From Nitrospirota bacterium (GTDB lineage Bacteria > Nitrospirota > UBA9217): DNA of 64,000 nt. The notes beneath the pieces were generated by a model, which was given only the letters and a program-made list of their open reading frames with translations, was not told the DNA's origin and made no database searches. The first letter of the stretch is position 1, and each line of letters starts with the position of its first letter. The position numbers and the translations under genes are program-made. Below, one piece after another: positions 44,713-55,222 of the stretch. Where the stretch lies: positions 352,001-416,000 of the forward strand of contig CAVVUN010000012.1 of NCBI GenBank assembly GCA_963751455.1, in the 5' to 3' direction.

Positions 44713-45859
44713 AGAGCTGTTCAATCTCCTTTTGCGTCGGTCTGCGCGGATTCGTGGCAATGCAGGGGTCTTTGACGGCCTTAGCCGCCAGATTGGAAAT
44801 GTCGCTCCGTTTTACGCCGTGCCTGCCGAGCGCTACGTCTACTTTCAATATCTCTCTGAAGCTCTCCAAAGCCATAAGAAGCGCGGCCTTTTTTTCAGAG
44901 GGGAGCATGCCGGCCGTCGACGGCCGCATTGCTTCTCCAATGGCTGAATATCTCTCGGGAGCGGCCTCGAAGTTGAATTCTACGACGCGGCTGATCAGTA
45001 TCGAATTGCTTTCTCCGTGAGGAATATCGAGGTATCCGCCGAGCGAGTGCGCCATTGCGTGCACGAGACCGAGGCCGGCATTCGAGAAGGCGAGCCCGGC
45101 ATACAGGCTGCCCAGCATGGTCCGGGCTCGGATATCGAGCTCATCCGGGTGCTCGATTGCCGGGATCAGGCTTGCTGACATAAGCCGGACCGATTCCAGG
45201 GCGAACAGATCGGTGACAGGAGAACGGGCATTCGAGACATATGCTTCAAATGCATGACAGAGCGCATCCATGCCCGTATGCGCCGTCAGTTCGCGGGGCA
45301 TGGTCGTGAGGGTAAGCGGATCGATAAGCGAGACATCCGGCACGAGCGTCTTGCTGATGATCGCGATTTTCACTTTCCTGTCCGTGTCGGTGATAATAGC
45401 GAACTGAGAGACATCCGCAGCGCTTCCGGCGGTGGTGGGAACGCAGATCAGGGGGGGGCCGGGGCTGGGCACCTGGTCGACCCCCTCGAAATCGAGAATA
45501 TTGCTTTTATTTGAACTCACAATACCGATGCCCTTCGCGCAGTCCATCGGGCTCCCCCCGCCGACGGCAACGATCATATTGCACCGCTCCTGCTCGTACA
45601 CTTCGGCTCCCGCCATAACCTCTTCAGCTTTCGGGTTCGGAGTAACCGAGGAGAAGACATGGTAAGGGATGTTTGCTGCTTCCATGCCGTCGGCCACTTC
45701 TTTTGTCCACCCCGCCGCGATAATGCCGGGATCCGTCACGATCAGCACTTTTGAAGCCCCGAAATTTCTTGCGTACCGGGAAGCCATGTTCCGGGCGCCC
45801 GCTCCGAACACAAATTCGGGTGCAACGAATTTTCGAAGTTCGGTCTGGTTTTTTTCCAT
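44696..45859 (-). CDS. ercA: Iron-containing alcohol dehydrogenase, ErcA-like
   Basis: LRKFVAPEFVFG, GGGSPMD, PTTAGS, DALCHAFE, GLVHAMAH...PHG; overlaps the downstream sensor start. Confidence 0.82.
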   Translation of the reverse strand: MEKNQTELRKFVAPEFVFGAGARNMASRYARNFGASKVLIVTDPGIIAAGWTKEVADGMEAANIPYHVFSSVTPNPKAEEVMAGAEVYEQERCNMIVAVGGGSPMDCAKGIGIVSSNKSNILDFEGVDQVPSPGPPLICVPTTAGSAADVSQFAIITDTDRKVKIAIISKTLVPDVSLIDPLTLTTMPRELTAHTGMDALCHAFEAYVSNARSPVTDLFALESVRLMSASLIPAIEHPDELDIRARTMLGSLYAGLAFSNAGLGLVHAMAHSLGGYLDIPHGESNSILISRVVEFNFEAAPERYSAIGEAMRPSTAGMLPSEKKAALLMALESFREILKVDVALGRHGVKRSDISNLAAKAVKDPCIATNPRRPTQKEIEQLYEQAL

Positions 45860-45877
45860 AAGTCCTCACCTCTTGAA

Positions 45878-46112
45878 CTTCGTGATGGACGAAGAACGAG
45901 CGCTCGCGCGCGGTTTAATCCCGATGAAAACCGGGACTCGCCGGAACGATGGACGATTTTGCGTCCCTCATCCTGCGTGCTTCATCCCACGCCTTCCTCT
46001 TCCCTCGCCTTGGTCCTCCCTTTACGCCATGCTCCATGCCCTACCCGCACCCAGCGCTACGCGTGCGCCGCGCGCGTGCAGGGTGTGCGCTCTGATATCT
46101 TATCCGCTATGC
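45878..46112. repeat. Heptamer hairpins with nested CCCGCACCCA element (46043-46086)
   Basis: cgtgatggacgaagaacgag...cgtccctcatcctgcgt; acgccatgctccatgccct[element]gcgct. Confidence 0.6.
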
Positions 46113-49000
46113 GCCAGCAGACCCCTGAATTTCTCCGCCGGCACGGGCCTGCTGAAAAGGAACCCCTGCGCCTCGTCACACCGTGCTTTACTCAGGAAAG
46201 AAAGCTGTGCTTGTGTTTCAACGCCTTCTGCGGCAACCTTGATTTTCATCGTATGCGCCATCGCTGTCATCGCATGAATTACACCGCGGTCGTCCGGATC
46301 GGTTGCTATGTCCCGGATAAACGATTTGTCGATTTTGATACGCTCTATAGGCAACCGCTTCAGGTAACTCACGGACGAGCAGCCGGTCCCGAAACCATCG
46401 ATCGTTATACGGATGCCCATGCCGGCCAGTTCGGTCATCATGGAAACCGAATGCCCGATATCATCCATGGCGCTGTGTTCGCTCAATTCGATATTCAGTC
46501 GTTCGGCATCCAGACCGGTCTGCTTCAGAATTGCCGCAAGATTCCCTGCAAGGTCCGGGTTTCGGAATTCCGGCCCCGAGAGGTTGACGGTAAGCGTAAA
46601 TTTTTCCAGTCCGCGGATTGCCCAGTTCCTGACCTGGGAGCATGCCGTCTTGAGCACCCATTCGTCGATTGCTGCAACAAGCCCGATATCTTCGGCTGCG
46701 GGAATGAAAGAACCGGGCTCAAGCAGGCCCTTCTCAGGATGGTTCCAGCGCACCAGCGCTTCCGCGGAAGTCATTCTGCCCGTGGCAAGGTCCATCTGGG
46801 GCAGGTAATGCAGAACAAATTCGTCTCGGTCGAGAGCCTGCTGCAGACTGCTTTCCAACCGCGTTCTCTCGAGCGATTTTATGTTGATTACCGGGTTATA
46901 GAACCGGTATTGGTCCCTTCCCCGCTCTTTGGCATGGTACATGGCGATGTCTGCATAGCTGAGCAATATTTCCTGCTCCGTGCTGTCATCCGGGAACACG
47001 CTTATGCCGATGCTGGTCGTGATATGCAGCTCATGGCCGCCTATCACGAACATTCGCTTCAGGGACTCTATTATCTTTATCGCAACTTCGGCGGCGTCCT
47101 CCGCGCGTTCTATATCCGATACCATGATATTGAATTCGTCTCCGCCGATGCGTGCAACAGTGTCCGATTGCCTGATACTCGCTTTGACCCTGAGCGCGGT
47201 TTCCTTTAAGAGAAGGTCCCCGGCATCATGCCCCAGGGTGTCATTGATTTCCTTGAAGCGGTCGAGATCGAGAAAGAGCACGGCTGCTTTGCTTCTGTTC
47301 CGCCTGGCCTGAGCCAGTTCTAACTCAAGAATGTCCTTGAACAGGCGCCTGTTCGGCAGACCGGTAAGCGCATCGTGGAGCGCGAGATGCCGTATCTCCT
47401 CTTCCATGCGCTTGCGGTCCGTTATATCGCGGGCGATGCCGGTGGTCCCGATAACCTGGCCCTCTTCATCATAGATAGGTGTCTTGATCGTCTCGATCCA
47501 CCTGGCCCTCCCGTCCTTCGTAGCCAGGGGCTCTTCATACCGCTTGCGCGCGTGGTTCTTCATTACCTCCCTGTCATCCGCAAAGTATTGCTCGGCAAGT
47601 TTCTTCGGCCAGGCATCGAAATCGGTTTTCCCGGTCAGTTCCGCCGGTGTTTTTCCGCACGCTTCGGCAAAGGGCTCATTGACCACAATGAACCGGCTCT
47701 CTTTGTCCTTCAACCACGCCATGTCGGGGATGCTGTTCAGGATTGCGGTCAACCTCCGTTCATTTGCCAGCAGCGCCTCCTCCTGCCTCTTTTGATCGGT
47801 TATGTCATGGAACGCGGTAATCGAAGCAATAATCTTCCCCCCTTCCAGGACAGGCGCTGATATCACTGAAATGGGGAAAACGGTTCCGTCTTTCCGTACA
47901 AAAACTTCGTCCGTTGATGAATACCGCTTGCCCGTGTTGATGACTCCGCGCATGTTGCACTTCTCAATCGGCAGCGGCGTACCGTCCTTGGTGCGGAAAT
48001 GGACAAGATCATGCGGGCTTTTCTCGCCCATCTCCTCAAGAGTCCATCCAAGCAGGCGTTCGGCCTCGGGATTCATGAATATAATGCGTCCCTTTGCATC
48101 AAGCACATAAATTCCTTCCGCCACACTGGCAGTGATACTGCTCAACTGTTTTTGACTCTTTCGGAGTTCCTCTTCAATTTCTTTTCGTTGTTCGATCTCG
48201 CCCCGCAATTCCATCGTGGCCTGTGCGAGTTCCCGGGTCCGTTCCTGGACCTTGCTTTCCAGGCCCCGGTATGCCTTGCGAAGTTCCTGCTCAGCATGTT
48301 TGCGCGACGTAATGTCCCGCACAACAGCAAGTATCACATCCTTTTTTCTCAACCTTATCTTTGTCAGAAATACCTCGGCATCGAAAACGGAGCCGTCCTT
48401 CGGCCGTCTTGCTTTCCATTCAAATGACCGGCTCTTCCCGGAAACGACATCCTTCCATATTTCCGGTATCGAGTCCAGGGGGTTGTCCGGAGAGGAAAAA
48501 TCGTTCCGTATCGAAAGAGACAGGGCTTCTTCATATTCAACATCGTACAGCTCCTGCATCTTTTTATTTACGTCGATGATCTTCCCGTCCAGTTCATGAA
48601 TGAAGATCGCATCGTTGGAGCTGTCGAAGACGGTCCGCAGGTTTGCTTTTGATTCGGCAAGCGATTTATTTGCGGCATTCAGTCCGGCTGAGTACTCCCG
48701 GAGGCTTTCCTCCGTGCTCTTCCTGCGGTAATTAAGAAGGGACAATGCCCAGAGCGCCGATATCCCGAGCGTGCGGTTTACCGCGGAAATCGAGGGTGAT
48801 ACGCCCGAAGGCGAAATAAAAAAGTCCGCGACGACAAGAAGCGTGATACACCCTGCAGCGAGAATGACGGTGGTGCGGGATGCTTTCGACGAAACATATA
48901 CAAGGGGAACAGCATAAAGCAGCCACGTTGAATAGCCTAAAGGCGTAAACAGATCGATGACAAAAACCGTTATTGTCAGCGCCAGCGTCCGGAGAATCAT
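46100..49000 (-). CDS. TM-PASx3-GGDEF-EAL (paralogue 8); EAL loop 6 altered
   Basis: N-terminal TMs (DLFTPLG); RQSD...GGDEF; IDGFGTGCSS. Confidence 0.92.
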   Translation of the reverse strand: MILRTLALTITVFVIDLFTPLGYSTWLLYAVPLVYVSSKASRTTVILAAGCITLLVVADFFISPSGVSPSISAVNRTLGISALWALSLLNYRRKSTEESLREYSAGLNAANKSLAESKANLRTVFDSSNDAIFIHELDGKIIDVNKKMQELYDVEYEEALSLSIRNDFSSPDNPLDSIPEIWKDVVSGKSRSFEWKARRPKDGSVFDAEVFLTKIRLRKKDVILAVVRDITSRKHAEQELRKAYRGLESKVQERTRELAQATMELRGEIEQRKEIEEELRKSQKQLSSITASVAEGIYVLDAKGRIIFMNPEAERLLGWTLEEMGEKSPHDLVHFRTKDGTPLPIEKCNMRGVINTGKRYSSTDEVFVRKDGTVFPISVISAPVLEGGKIIASITAFHDITDQKRQEEALLANERRLTAILNSIPDMAWLKDKESRFIVVNEPFAEACGKTPAELTGKTDFDAWPKKLAEQYFADDREVMKNHARKRYEEPLATKDGRARWIETIKTPIYDEEGQVIGTTGIARDITDRKRMEEEIRHLALHDALTGLPNRRLFKDILELELAQARRNRSKAAVLFLDLDRFKEINDTLGHDAGDLLLKETALRVKASIRQSDTVARIGGDEFNIMVSDIERAEDAAEVAIKIIESLKRMFVIGGHELHITTSIGISVFPDDSTEQEILLSYADIAMYHAKERGRDQYRFYNPVINIKSLERTRLESSLQQALDRDEFVLHYLPQMDLATGRMTSAEALVRWNHPEKGLLEPGSFIPAAEDIGLVAAIDEWVLKTACSQVRNWAIRGLEKFTLTVNLSGPEFRNPDLAGNLAAILKQTGLDAERLNIELSEHSAMDDIGHSVSMMTELAGMGIRITIDGFGTGCSSVSYLKRLPIERIKIDKSFIRDIATDPDDRGVIHAMTAMAHTMKIKVAAEGVETQAQLSFLSKARCDEAQGFLFSRPVPAEKFRGLLAHSG

Positions 49001-49080
49001 GCTCTATGCCTCCTCGTGATTGCAACTGCAGGAAGAAACGATAAGATTTTTCGTTAGCGGCTCAGTTCATCCTGAAAACG

Positions 49081-49285
49081 GCAATTGGACGCAGATGAAC
49101 GCAGACTTCGGCGTGAGCTCAGTCGAACGATAACCGCAGATCAAACAAAAGAATTTTTAGAGAAAAAAATTCACCCGCAGGGTGACTGCTTTTACGATAC
49201 AAGAACGTTTTTTTATCCGACCTTATCGTTCGACTGAGCTCACGCCGAAGTCTGCGTTTATCCGATTTTTCTGCGTCCCAAATGC
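49081..49285. mobile_element. MITE-like element with a CTTCGGCGTGAGCTCAGTCGAACG unit in both arms
   Basis: ttggacgcagat...ctgcgtccca; 49100-49133 and 49223-49256 are exact reverse complements. Confidence 0.7.
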
Positions 49286-49345
49286 TTTTTTTAGGTTCAT
49301 ACGGCCCCATTTATTGCCGTGCTCTATGGGTTGCCGTCTCGTCCC

Positions 49346-51532
49346 TCATCCTTCGTCCCTCGTCTGCCACATCCCTCGGCCCACGAGTTCCCCGAACCGG
49401 TCTGCCGGCAACGGCCTGCTGAAGTAAAACCCCTGGGCCTCGTCGCAATGCAGCGCTCTCAGAAAAGCAAGCTGTTTCGCGCCTTCGACGCCTTCTGCAA
49501 CGACCTTCAATTTCATGGCATGGGCCATCAGCAAGACCGCGGTGATGATCGTACGATCACCGGCGTCGGTGGCGATATCCCTTATAAAAGACCTGTCAAT
49601 CTTCAATTTGCGGATAGGCAGCCGCTTGAGCTGATTCAGCGAAGAATACCCTGTGCCGAAATCGTCTATGGATACATTCACGCCCATTTCCGTCAGCTCG
49701 CGTATCTGCCCAATCGTGTCCTCAATATTGCCCATGGCCGTCGTTTCCGTAATCTCGACATCCAGGCACTCCGGCGGCATTCCCGTTTCTCCGAGTATCC
49801 GGCCGATCCGTCTGGCCAGATCCTTTTTTTGAAACTCCATTGCTGAAAGGTTTACCGTAACACAGACCCGGCCCAGGCCCTGGCCCATCCATGTTTTGAT
49901 CTGCCTGCCCACAGCCGACAGGACCCATTCGTCTATATCCGTCATGAAACCGAGCTCCTCGGCCGCTCTGAGGAAATGCTCGGGCTCGAGAATGCCTTGT
50001 TCCGGGTGCTGCCAACGGAGCAGCGCTTCACCGGAAACAAAACCGTTGGTCTTGACATCGACCATGGGCTGAAAATACAAGCGGAATTCCTGGCGCTCGA
50101 TCGCCCGGCGCAGGCTGTTCTCGAACTGCATGCGTTCTATCGAGCGGGTGTTGATGTCCGGGTCATAGAACCGGTACATGTTCCTGCCGTGTTCCTTGGC
50201 GTAATACATGGCGATGTCGGCATACCGGAAAAGGGTCTCTGTTTCCGCGCTGTCGTCGGGATATATGCTGATCCCGACTGAACAGGTGACGGTGAGTTCA
50301 TGGCCTGCTATCAGAAAGGGCTTTCGGAAAGACTCGACGATTTTCCCGGCTGCGTCAGCCGCATCTTCGGAATGAACGATGTCGGATAACAGCAGGTTGA
50401 ATTCATCGCCTCCTATGCGGCTCACGATATCGGACTCCCTGACCGCCCCTTTGAGACGAACGGATACCTGTCTCAACAGTTGGTCCCCTAATTCATGACC
50501 CAGGGTATCGTTAATTTCCTTGAACCGGTCGAGATCAAGAAACAAAACAGCGAGCTTTCTTTGTATGCGCCGCGCCTGCGCCGCCTCCACCTGAAACAGA
50601 TCGAGAAACAACCGCCTGTTCGGCAGATTTGTCAGGGAGTCATGGTGGGCCAGGTGCCTCAGTTCCTCTTCCATCCGTTTGCGTACGGTGATGTCAGTCA
50701 CGAAAGAGTAATAATAATCAGGGTCCCCCTTTTCGTCCCTGACCAGGTGGACTTTTAATTCTACCGGTACTTGCGTGCCGTCCTTTCTTATATATTCTTT
50801 CTGATAAACCGGGGGCGTCCCGGTCCTGCGCAGCTCTTCAAGCATCTGCTCTTCAAGCTCCCGCCACTTGGGCGGAGTCAGTTCGATCCATGTCTTTATC
50901 CGCAATTCTTCAGCCCCGTAGCCTGTCAGCTCCAGAAATGCCTGATTATAGTTCATGAGGCGGCCGTCGGGATACGCGGAGTTGAAAGGCAGGGAGGAAC
51001 TTTCTATGGCGCTCGCGAAAAATGAGGCCCTTTCCTTCGCTGCCTTAAGCTCGGCCGTGCGCTCCTCAACCTTTTTTTCCAGGCCGGCGTGATAGGCTTC
51101 AAGCTCTTTCTGCATGCGCCTGTGTTCACGCCTGACCTGAGCATCGCTCAATTCCCGCGCGATCGCGGGAACAAGCCGGGCCATATTGCCCTTCGTCACA
51201 TAATCATGCGCGCCGGCTTTCAATGCGTTCACTGCGGTTTCCTCCGTAATTGTGCCGGAGACAAGAATGAAAGGCAGGTCGGGATCGGTCCCGCGCACAA
51301 TTTTCAGCGCCGAGACCGCGTCGAAGTAAGGCATTGAGAAATCGGATATGACCAGGTCCCACTGCTGCCTTGCGAGCGCATCCCTCAATGTGTCCGCTGT
51401 CTCGACGCGCTCGGAGACGGCTTCATAGCCGCCTTTCCTGATTTCTCGAAGAACGAGCATCGTATCGTCCTCGGAATCTTCAACAACGAGGACGCGCAAG
51501 GGAATGACCGCCTTATTGTCAATGTCAGACAT
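49346..51532 (-). CDS. REC-PAS-GGDEF-EAL (paralogue 9)
   Basis: LVVEDSEDD, SDFSMP; RESD...GGDEF; GEALLRW; DDFGTG. Confidence 0.93.
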   Translation of the reverse strand: MSDIDNKAVIPLRVLVVEDSEDDTMLVLREIRKGGYEAVSERVETADTLRDALARQQWDLVISDFSMPYFDAVSALKIVRGTDPDLPFILVSGTITEETAVNALKAGAHDYVTKGNMARLVPAIARELSDAQVRREHRRMQKELEAYHAGLEKKVEERTAELKAAKERASFFASAIESSSLPFNSAYPDGRLMNYNQAFLELTGYGAEELRIKTWIELTPPKWRELEEQMLEELRRTGTPPVYQKEYIRKDGTQVPVELKVHLVRDEKGDPDYYYSFVTDITVRKRMEEELRHLAHHDSLTNLPNRRLFLDLFQVEAAQARRIQRKLAVLFLDLDRFKEINDTLGHELGDQLLRQVSVRLKGAVRESDIVSRIGGDEFNLLLSDIVHSEDAADAAGKIVESFRKPFLIAGHELTVTCSVGISIYPDDSAETETLFRYADIAMYYAKEHGRNMYRFYDPDINTRSIERMQFENSLRRAIERQEFRLYFQPMVDVKTNGFVSGEALLRWQHPEQGILEPEHFLRAAEELGFMTDIDEWVLSAVGRQIKTWMGQGLGRVCVTVNLSAMEFQKKDLARRIGRILGETGMPPECLDVEITETTAMGNIEDTIGQIRELTEMGVNVSIDDFGTGYSSLNQLKRLPIRKLKIDRSFIRDIATDAGDRTIITAVLLMAHAMKLKVVAEGVEGAKQLAFLRALHCDEAQGFYFSRPLPADRFGELVGRGMWQTRDEG

Positions 51533-51557
51533 TAGCTTTACTCTCTTTTTTCCGGTA

Positions 51558-51747
51558 AGGCGCCTTGCAAGACTTCGCGAACCGCCCTTTTGTCATTTCG
51601 ACCAAAGGGAGAAATCCTCGGTTCTTTACCAGGAAAGGTTCCCCGGTCGCGGAGCCTGTCCCAACGTTAACAGCCAGATTTCTCGCTTCGCTCGAAACGA
51701 CAAGGCGAAGGGCCTGAATGACACAAAGTGACTTTTGCAAGGGCTCT
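51558..51747. repeat. GTCATTTCGA...TCGAAACGAC REP pair nested in a CCTTGCAA...TTGCAAGG-bounded element
   Basis: tgtcatttcgaccaaagggagaaatcct...agatttctcgcttcgctcgaaacgaca at 51591-51702. Confidence 0.65.
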
Positions 51748-51950
51748 CGTTTCAGTTAAATTATAACTCTCATTAAGATAAGATTACCCCATTATCGTAC
51801 CCTCTCCCTGAGGAGCGGGAGAGGGGAATCAAGGGGAAGATTTACTTGAATAGATGCGTACAATGAGTAATAATAAAAACAGGATTGTTTTAGTGCGATT
51901 AAAACTTTTTATGTAATAAGTTGCAGCGGGGTTTTTCGCAGAGCGAAAAA

Positions 51951-52013
51951 CGCATGGCGCACAGCGCAGAGCGCAAAGGGTTAACGCCATGCGCCATGCC
52001 CTATGCGCTATGC
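51951..52013. repeat. GCGCTAT/GCGCCAT heptamer hairpin
   Basis: cgcatggcgcacagcgcagagcgcaaagggttaacgccatgcgccatgccctatgcgctatgc. Confidence 0.7.
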
Positions 52014-52038
52014 AGCGATTCACGAAAGGAACACGCCC

Positions 52039-55000
52039 ATGGCAGACAAAACGAAACAAAAAACAACCATGCAGGAGATGGCCGAACCGGGCGAGGGCCG
52101 GATCGCGCTCCTTGCCTCCATTGTCGACTCATCCGACGACGCCGTCTATGCCAAAACACTGGAAGGCGTTATCACGAGCTGGAACCGCGCGGCGGAATTG
52201 ATGTACGGCTATACGGCGGAAGAGATCATCGGCAAGCCCGTCTCGGTCCTGTTGTCCCCGGACCGGCCGAGGGAGATGGAAGATATTCTCCTGAAGATCC
52301 GCGAGCGGAGAACGCATAGAACACTTCGAGACCCTGCGGCGGCGCAAGGACGGCACGCTGGTCCACGTGTCCCTCACGGTTTCTCCGATCCACGACTCCG
52401 CGGGCCGGCTGATCGGCGCTTCGTCCATCGCCAGGGACATTACGGAGCGCAAGCGGATGGAGGAACAGCTCAGGGCCACTTCTCAGTATGCGCGGAGCCT
52501 GATCGAGGCGAGTCTCGACCCGCTGGTCACGATCAGCCCCGAAGGCAAGATCATGGATGTCAACGAAGCGGCGGTCAAGGTGACGGGCTTGTTCAAGGAG
52601 CAGCTCATCGGCACGGACTTCTCGGACTACTTCACCGAGCCGGAAAAGGCGCGCGAGGGATACCGGCAGGTCTTCGAGAAGGGCTTTGTAACGGACTACC
52701 CGCTCACGATCCGCCACAGGGACGGCCGTCTCACGAATGTTCTCTACAACGCCTCGGTCTACCGCGACCTGCAGGGCAACGTGCTCGGCGTTTTCGCCGC
52801 GGCCCGCGATGTGACGATGCAGCGCCAGGCCGCGCAGTATGCGCGGAGCCTGATCGAGGCGAGTGTCGATCCGCTGGTCACGATCAGCCCCGAAGGCAAG
52901 ATCACGGACGTGAACGAGGCCACGGTCAAGGTGACGGGCTTGCCCAAGGAACAGCTCATCGGCACGGACTTCTCGGACTACTTCACCGAGCCGGAGAAGG
53001 CGCGTGAGGGATACCGGCAGGTCTTCGAGAAGGGGTTTGTAACGGACTACCCGCTCACGATCCGGCACAGGGACGGCCGTCTCACGAACGTTCTCTACAA
53101 CGCCTCGGTCTACCGGGACCTGCAGGGCAACGTGCTCGGCGTTTTCGCCGCGGCCCGCGATGTGACCATGCAGCGCCAGGCCGCGCAGTATGCGCGGAGC
53201 CTGATCGAGGCGAGTCTCGACCCGCTCGTCACGATCAGCCCGGAAGGCAAGATCACGGACGTGAACGAGGCCACGATCAAGGTGACCGGCATGCCGAAAG
53301 AGCGGCTCATCGGCACGGACTTCTCCGACTACTTCACCGAGCCGGAAAAGGCCCGCCAGGGATACAAGGAGGTCTTCGCAAAGGGGTTTGTAACCGACTA
53401 CCCGCTCACGATCCGGCACAAGGACGGCGCGCTGACCGACGTTCTCTACAACGCCTCGGTCTACCGTGACGTACAGGGCAATGTGCAGGGCGTTTTCGCC
53501 GCGGCCCGCGACGTGACGGCGCAGCGGCAGGCAGCTCAGTATGCCAGGAGCCTGATCGAGGCGAGCCTCGACCCGCTGGTCACGATCAGCCCGGAGGGAA
53601 AGATTACGGACGTGAACGAGGCCACCATCAAGGTGACCGGCATGCCGATGGAGCGGCTCATCGGCACGGACTTCTCCGACTACTTTACCGAGCCGGAAAA
53701 GGCCCGGGAAGGGTATCAACAGGTCTTCGCGCAAGGGGTTCGTGACCGACTATCCGCTCACCATCAGGCACAAGGACGGGAAGCTCACGGACGTCCTTTA
53801 TAACGCATCGGTTTACCGGGATGTGTACGGCAACGTGCTCGGCGTCTTCGCCGCTGCCCGCGACGTGACGGCCCAGCGGCAGGCCGCTCAGTATGCCAGG
53901 AGCCTGATCGAGGCGAGTGTCGACCCGCTGGTTACGATCAGCCCGGAAGGCAAGATCACGGACGTGAACGAGGCGACGGCGAAGGTCACGGGTATTCCGC
54001 GCGACAAGCTCATCGGCACGGACTTCTCCGACTACTTCACCGAGCCGGATAAGGCCCGTGAGGGGTATCAGCAGGTCTTTGCCAAAGGGTTCGTGACAGA
54101 CTACCCGCTGACGATCAGGCACAGGGACGGGAAACTGGTCGACGTGCTCTATAACGCGTCCGTTTACCGGGACGTGCAGGGCAACGTGCTGGGCGTGTTC
54201 GCCGCGGCGCGGGACGTGACGGAATCCAAACGCGTCATGCGCGAGTTCGCGGAGACGAAAAACTTTCTCGACAACATCCTGCAGAGCTCGACCAAGTACT
54301 CCATTATCGGAAAAGACCTCGACTACCGCATTCTCTCCTGGAATGAAGGGGCGCGGCTGAACTACCGATATACGGAAGATGAGATCATCGGCAAATCGGC
54401 GACTATTCTTCACTCGCCTGAAGATATCGAGTCAGGGGTCGTCGATAGGATGCTGAAGACGGCTTATGATAAGGGACTGGCGGAAGGCGAGTTTCAGCGC
54501 GTCCGGAAGGACGGCTCCCGTTTTGTGGCAAGCGTCGTGGTCACGCGCCGGAACGACGCCTCAGGCAATCCCATCGGCTACCTGCTCATGAGCACCGACA
54601 TCACGGAAAAGAAGCAGTCGGAGGAAAAGCTGCGTTATGCGTCCCAGTACGCCCGCAGCCTGATCGAGGCTAGTGTCGATCCGCTGGTAACGATCAGCCC
54701 GGAAGGAAAGATCACGGACGTGAATGAGGCGACGATCAAGGTGACCGGCATGCCGAGGGAGCAGCTCATCGGCGCGGATTTCTCGGACTACTTCACCGAG
54801 CCTGAGAAGGCCCGCGAGGGATACGAGCAGGTCTTCTCGAAGGGTTTTGTGACCGACTATCCCCTTACGATCAGGCACCGGGACGGGCGGCTCACGAATG
54901 TTCTCTACAACGCCTCGGTCTACCGGGACGTGCGGGGAAACGTGCTGGGCGTGTTCGCTGCCGCGCGCGACGTGACGGCGCAGAGGGAAGCGGAGGCAAA

Positions 55001-55175
55001 GGTCGTCGAGCAGCGCGCGAGAGAAGAGCAGCGGGCGCGCGAGCTGGAAAGGCTGGCCGAGCTGGAGCGGTTCCAGAGGCTGACCGTGGGACGAGAACTG
55101 AAGATGGTGGAGCTGAAGAAGGAGATCGAGGAACTCAAACGGGAGAATGATGCGCTGAAGAAAAAAGCGGCGTAG
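52039..55175 (+). CDS. Cytoplasmic 8-PAS protein with no enzymatic output, ending in a VGRELKMVELKKEI helix; two frameshifts
   Basis: RBS aaagga + ATG at 52039; frames 52003-, 52367-, 53742- join at ~52305 and ~53730. Confidence 0.85.
52484..54980 (+). repeat. 351-bp (117-aa) PAS repeat: five tandem copies plus a sixth after a different PAS
   Basis: Unit starts CAGTA(T/C)GC at 52484, 52835, 53186, 53537, 53889 (one extra base), 54645; QYARSLIEAS(L/V)DPLVTISPEGKI...VFAAARDVT. Confidence 0.95.
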
Positions 55176-55222
55176 AGACAACGTGACCGTGAGGCGGCTA
55201 TCAAACTGCTCACCAGGAAAAC

